Shown here: positions 58,001 through 61,216 of the stretch, one piece after another
How the letters are laid out: each line of letters opens with the position of its first letter
How positions within the stretch are numbered: position 1 is the first letter of the stretch
Program-made: the position numbers and the translations under genes
The notes under the pieces: model-generated
What the model was told of the DNA's origin: nothing
Seen by the model: only the letters and a program-made list of their open reading frames with translations
Databases searched by the model: none
Source of the DNA: Octopus bimaculoides
Lineage: Eukaryota
Assembly: GCF_001194135.2 (NCBI RefSeq)
Contig: NC_069005.1
Location: forward strand, 35,159,944 to 35,221,159
Direction of reading: 5' to 3'
Length of the DNA stretch: 61,216 nucleotides

Positions 58001-60368
58001 TATTTTACGTAGGATGTGTGTGGTGCCTAGAAGTGCTATTTGCTGTATGTTATATATACTTGTTTGCCTTGGTGTTTTTGTTATGTATTTGTCTGAATAT
58101 TTCTTCTGTCATACCTATTACAGAAAGGATTATTATTGTTATTATTATTGTTATTTTTCTTCTTCACAGGTCAGTGTGTATTGCAGTTTAAGTAACACTG
58201 TTCAGAATTGCAGCAACTTCAAAGTACGTATCAATGCTGCTCTTGCTCTTGGAACCCCGACCAGAAGGGAGCAATATGGACAGGCATCAGTCTTTGCCAA
58301 TGTCTGGAATGCTTTAATCCTGGGTTTAATTAGCACAAACAAAGTGACAGATTTCTCTGAATTTCGGCACCGTGACACACTAATTGGACAGGTAGGTATT
58401 GTTGATGTTATTGTTAGTGGTGGTGGTGGCAGTAGTACCTTGTATCTATGGCAACACAACCTGGTTGAGCCAAACTTTACTCATAATAAAATTTGTACTC
58501 ATCACTGGACATTTACATAACGTTTTATTAATACAACTGTGTGGTTTGTACCTACCCATGGTACCAATTTAATAACTAGATGGCCTCAGCCAGTGATAAC
58601 TGAATGTCTTTTTTCTATATATTGTATGTAAACATCAGTAAGCAGAATTTCTTCTGTCTGAGGCCTTACACCTTATACACTCCATCATGTTTCCTGATTA
58701 ATATGTTCTAATTAATGATGTCACAGTAATTTCTCTCTTCTGGCCATGTTTGCAACTTTAAAACCATTCACGTGTCCTAAATGTTTATCAACATATTGGG
58801 GACAGTCCACATAGTTCCAAGCTGGAGATGTTTTCTGAAATGAAACATTTAACTTAGATCTGTTCTGACTTTATTTAACCTGATGGAGCTGTATTACATC
58901 TCATCATATAACAAGCTTGCCACTTTTGTATTTCAATAAATAATTTTCTAACATTCTTTTTCTCTTTTACAGATTTGTACCACCATTTTACACCTGGCAG
59001 TGTTATTTGTGCCGGCAGATCTGGAAGAGTTGCACGTGTGTCTACCTGAACAAGCAACAACACTCGCTAGTCATTTGAGCAGCTATCAGCAGAATTCACC
59101 CCAAAACATCCCACAAATAAGTTGGTTATTTTTAAGAAAAAGCAATTGATCACAATATTGTGTGTGTGTGTGTATCATATGCCAAGGGGGAAAACTAGAA
59201 GTAATTGATAGCTTCCATTACCTAGGTGACCAGGTCAGAAGTGGGGTTGGATGCTCCAAGAGCGTAGCTGCTAGAATAAGAATAGGCTGAGCAAAGTTCA
59301 GAGAGCTCCTACCTCTGCTGGTAACAAAGGGCCTCTTGCTCTGATTGAAAGGCAGACTGTATGATGCCTGTGTGCAAACAGCCATGCAACATGGCAGTGA
59401 AACATGGACTGCCAAGGACTTGTGTAGTCTTGTAAGAAATGATACTAGAATGCTTTGTTGGATGTACAATGTCAGTGTGCAGCATGACAGAGTGTAAGTG
59501 TCCGGAGAGAAAAGTTGGACATGAGAGACGACTGTCCTGTTATGGCCTTGTGATGCCTATGGATGAGGACTGCTGTGTGAAAAAGTGTTACACTCGTATG
59601 GTGGAGGGAACCTGTGCTTGTGAAGACCTGGAGAGTTGAATGAAATCGTAGTTGTGGCCAATGCCGTCTGATTGGCACGTAAAAAGCACCGTTTGAGCAT
59701 TGGGCCTCATAGAGACCATGACAGGTGACCAAGACCTTTGGCGATATACCACGCCTGTGTAGATTTGTCAAACCAAGTGAGACATTAGTTGTGGCTGATG
59801 TCAGTGTCAGCTCAATGGCACTTGTACTGGTAAGAAACATCCACTACACTCTCAGAGTGGTTGGCATTTGGAAGGGCATCCAATCATAGTGTTTCTACAT
59901 TTTTGCGGGACCTTGCTGTGTAGGTGTTGTTGTGCAGTTGAGAAGCTCACATGCCGACCATGTGGTATTGGGTTCAGTCCAACTGCATGGTATCTTGGGC
60001 AAATGTTTTCCACTATAGCCCCAAACTGACCAAAGCCTTGTGAGTGGGTTTGATAGGCAAAATATCTGAAAAAAGCCTGTTGTATATACACACAGACACA
60101 CGCACATGCTTATACATACATGTATGAATGTATGTGTGTGCCTGTGTATGAATATATGCGTGTGTGTATGTATGTGTGTGTACATATATGTGTGAGTGTA
60201 TATATATATATATATATATATATAATCGAAATGTTATGTTCCACTTTTCAGCATCTGAAATCAAGAAAGTGATCAACCATTTAGAATACCTAGACCGAAG
60301 TGAGTTAAGCATGGCCGCTCAGGAAGCCCTGGATTCATTCCAGGCTGTTTTACTTGTGGAGTTTTCAG
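40605..60368 (+). CDS. HEATR6: HEAT repeat-containing protein 6; 3' end uncertain
   Basis: 24 exons with consistent phases: 40605-40913, 41734-41841, 42731-42871, 43287-43396, 44209-44323, 44921-45016, 45564-46025, 46803-46925, 47694-47770, 48394-48523, 49372-49471, 49798-49977 (or -50052), 50416-50677, 51640-51721, 52535-52627, 52749-52883, 53289-53411, 54824-54948, 56004-56164, 56737-56813, 57377-57457, 58170-58391, 58973-59120, 60252-60368. Motifs recalled from HEATR6: SSSESELSDSD...KVRQAAL, FGYWMCFVPD, LRDPSPK, ELHRSLLLA, LLNGPL, VRWNACYAL, NFKVRINAALAL. About 1190-1220 aa. Confidence 0.92.
41990..42196 (-). mobile_element. tRNA-derived SINE (octopus OK/OR-type families are candidates)
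   Basis: Reverse complement: GGCAGAATCGTTAGCACGCCGG...GTTCTGAGTTCAAATTCC...CTTTGCCTTTCATGCTTTCGGGGTCGATAAAATAA. Related copies at about 38505-38765 (-), 30430-30560 and 31000-31140. Confidence 0.7.
47289..47401 (-). mobile_element. Inverted, internally deleted copy of the hammerhead SINE
   Basis: Reverse complement starts with the same 5' end (GGGCATATGG) and jumps directly to ATACCTTAGGAATGAGAA..., then follows the tail of the + copy for about 100 bp. Confidence 0.75.
47305..47350 (-). ncRNA. Minimal type I hammerhead ribozyme (Penelope-like), copy 2
   Basis: Reverse complement reads GACAC CUGAUGA A GGCUG GAGAGUAUAU CAGCC GAAA CG UU GUGUC: perfect 5-bp stems I and II and an intact core. 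Activity untested. Confidence 0.8.
47404..47663 (+). mobile_element. tRNA-headed SINE-like element with a hammerhead ribozyme in its tail
   Basis: A-box-like TGGTATAGTGG (47411-47421), B-box-like GTTCGATTT (47456-47464), an (AAT)n linker, then a tail containing the hammerhead at 47551-47596. An inverted partial copy lies immediately upstream. Confidence 0.75.
47551..47596 (+). ncRNA. Minimal type I hammerhead ribozyme (Penelope-like), copy 1
   Basis: GACAC CUGAAGA A GGCUG-(10 nt loop)-CAGCC GAAA CG UU GUGUU. Stem I GACAC/GUGUU, stem II GGCUG/CAGCC, palindromic ACGU in place of helix III, predicted cleavage after 47591 (GUU). Activity untested. Confidence 0.75.
52151..52358 (+). pseudogene. 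Tc1/mariner transposase C-terminal remnant
   Basis: With one frameshift it reads PSN/SPFLKPRWNLWNRIKK...IIWASIKPEQC...VIESKEEPTKF*, a degenerate match to the Tc1 WPSxSPDLNPIENLW...VIxxKGxxTKY* terminus. Confidence 0.6.
57699..57812 (+). mobile_element. tRNA-derived SINE head (GGAGTGGCTGTGTGGTAAG family)
   Basis: GGTAAGTAGCTTGCTTACCAAC...GGTTCAGTCCCACTGCGTGGCACCTTGGGCAAGTGTCTTCTACTATAGCC. Related copies at about 42470-42510, 48620-48720, 49090-49225 (-), 59925-60085 and 36205-36360 (-). Confidence 0.65.
59400..59890 (+). mobile_element. 5'-truncated RTE-clade LINE remnant with 3' tail
   Basis: Degenerate RRLSCYGLVMPMDEDCCVKKC...VEGTC resembles the RTE post-RT segment RRLRWYGHVxRM...VEG. It is followed by the tail CACTACACTCTCAGAGTGGTTGGCATTTGGAAGGGCATCCA, shared with 60892-61135. 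Confidence 0.65.
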
Positions 60369-60891
60369 GTTTGTTTTGTCTCTCCTGCAAATATTTAATC
60401 AATTTTACACTCAGATCTTTAGCATTTCCACACAGCTATTGTGTGTGTGTGTATATATAAGAAGTTTGTAGGACGCAGCCATATGCAAGGGGTCTGTGTG
60501 GTCTCTTTGTTGCTTAACCTTAAGTCAGCGGACCTATAATCAACACCATTCCAACCATGACTACATTTTCTAATGTGTTCTTTCTTAAATTACTAAGTTG
60601 TAACTTGAGAGAAATTTGGTTCCTGTTTCTAGCAAGTCAAGCAACTTCTAGAGGGTCTCTCATTGTATTTTTTAATGTGTGAGTGTGTGTGTTTATGTGT
60701 ACCAGGAATGTGTTGGATGTGTGTATGCCAGAAATGTGTAAGATATATATATAGTCACACACCAGAAATGTGTTGTTTGCATATATATGTGATTGTATAC
60801 CAGAAGTTAGTTGAATGTATGCCTATTTGAAATGTGTAGATTATGTTTGTGGGTGTACAAGAATTATGTCGAGTATGTATATAGCAGAAAT

Positions 60892-61135
60892 CATCATCAT
60901 CGTTTAACGTCCGCTTTCCATGCTAGCATGGGTTGGACGATTTGACTGAGGACTGGTGGACCAGGAGGCGACACCAGGCTCCAATCTGATTTGGCAGAGT
61001 TTCTACAGCTGGGTGCCCTTCCTAACACCAACCACTCCGAGAGTGTAGTGGGTGCTTTTATGTGCCACCGGCACGAAGGCCAGTCAGGTGGTACTGGCAA
61101 CGGCCATGCTCAAAATGGTGTCTTTTACGTGCCAC
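60892..61135 (-). mobile_element. RTE-tail repeat ending in (GAT)n
   Basis: Reverse complement ends ...GTCCAACCCATGCTAGCATGGAAAGCGGACGTTAAACGATGATGATG. The same 3' end occurs on + at 55058-55137 and, degenerate, at about 49560-49640. Confidence 0.7.
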
Positions 61136-61216
61136 AATATATATATATATATAGATATCCATATATATATATATATATAAGACCAGCTGAAAAGAAAAAA
61201 GTAAGGAGGTTTTTTT

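Noticed and set aside
748-61100. Short ORFs rich in [20 protein letters not shown], poly-I, poly-M or poly-H
   Set aside because: Translations of microsatellites with no domain signal.

Overview
Eukaryotic, AT-rich, microsatellite-dense genomic scaffold with several N-gaps. The SINE families and (TA)n-flanked gaps point to an octopod cephalopod, probably Octopus (inference, not searched). Three spliced genes could be rebuilt by hand from GT-AG sites with consistent phases: (1) a furin-activated matrix metalloproteinase with a probable GPI signal on + (8 exons, 3284-27629, signal-peptide exon not found); (2) delta-tubulin TUBD1 on - (34609-38356, one internal exon missing, probably in an N-gap); (3) HEATR6 on + (24 exons, 40605-60368), head-to-head with TUBD1. 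Introns hold tRNA-derived SINEs, RTE LINE remnants, a Tc1 transposase remnant and a hAT MITE. The best novel candidate is in HEATR6 intron 8: a tRNA-headed SINE-like element carrying a minimal type I hammerhead ribozyme of the Penelope type, joined head-to-head to an inverted, internally deleted copy with a second hammerhead. The second candidate is a CCAAT-CCAAT-TATA promoter plus short ATG exon in the MMP intron, whose donor is in phase with the next catalytic exon and would give an MMP without signal peptide or prodomain.
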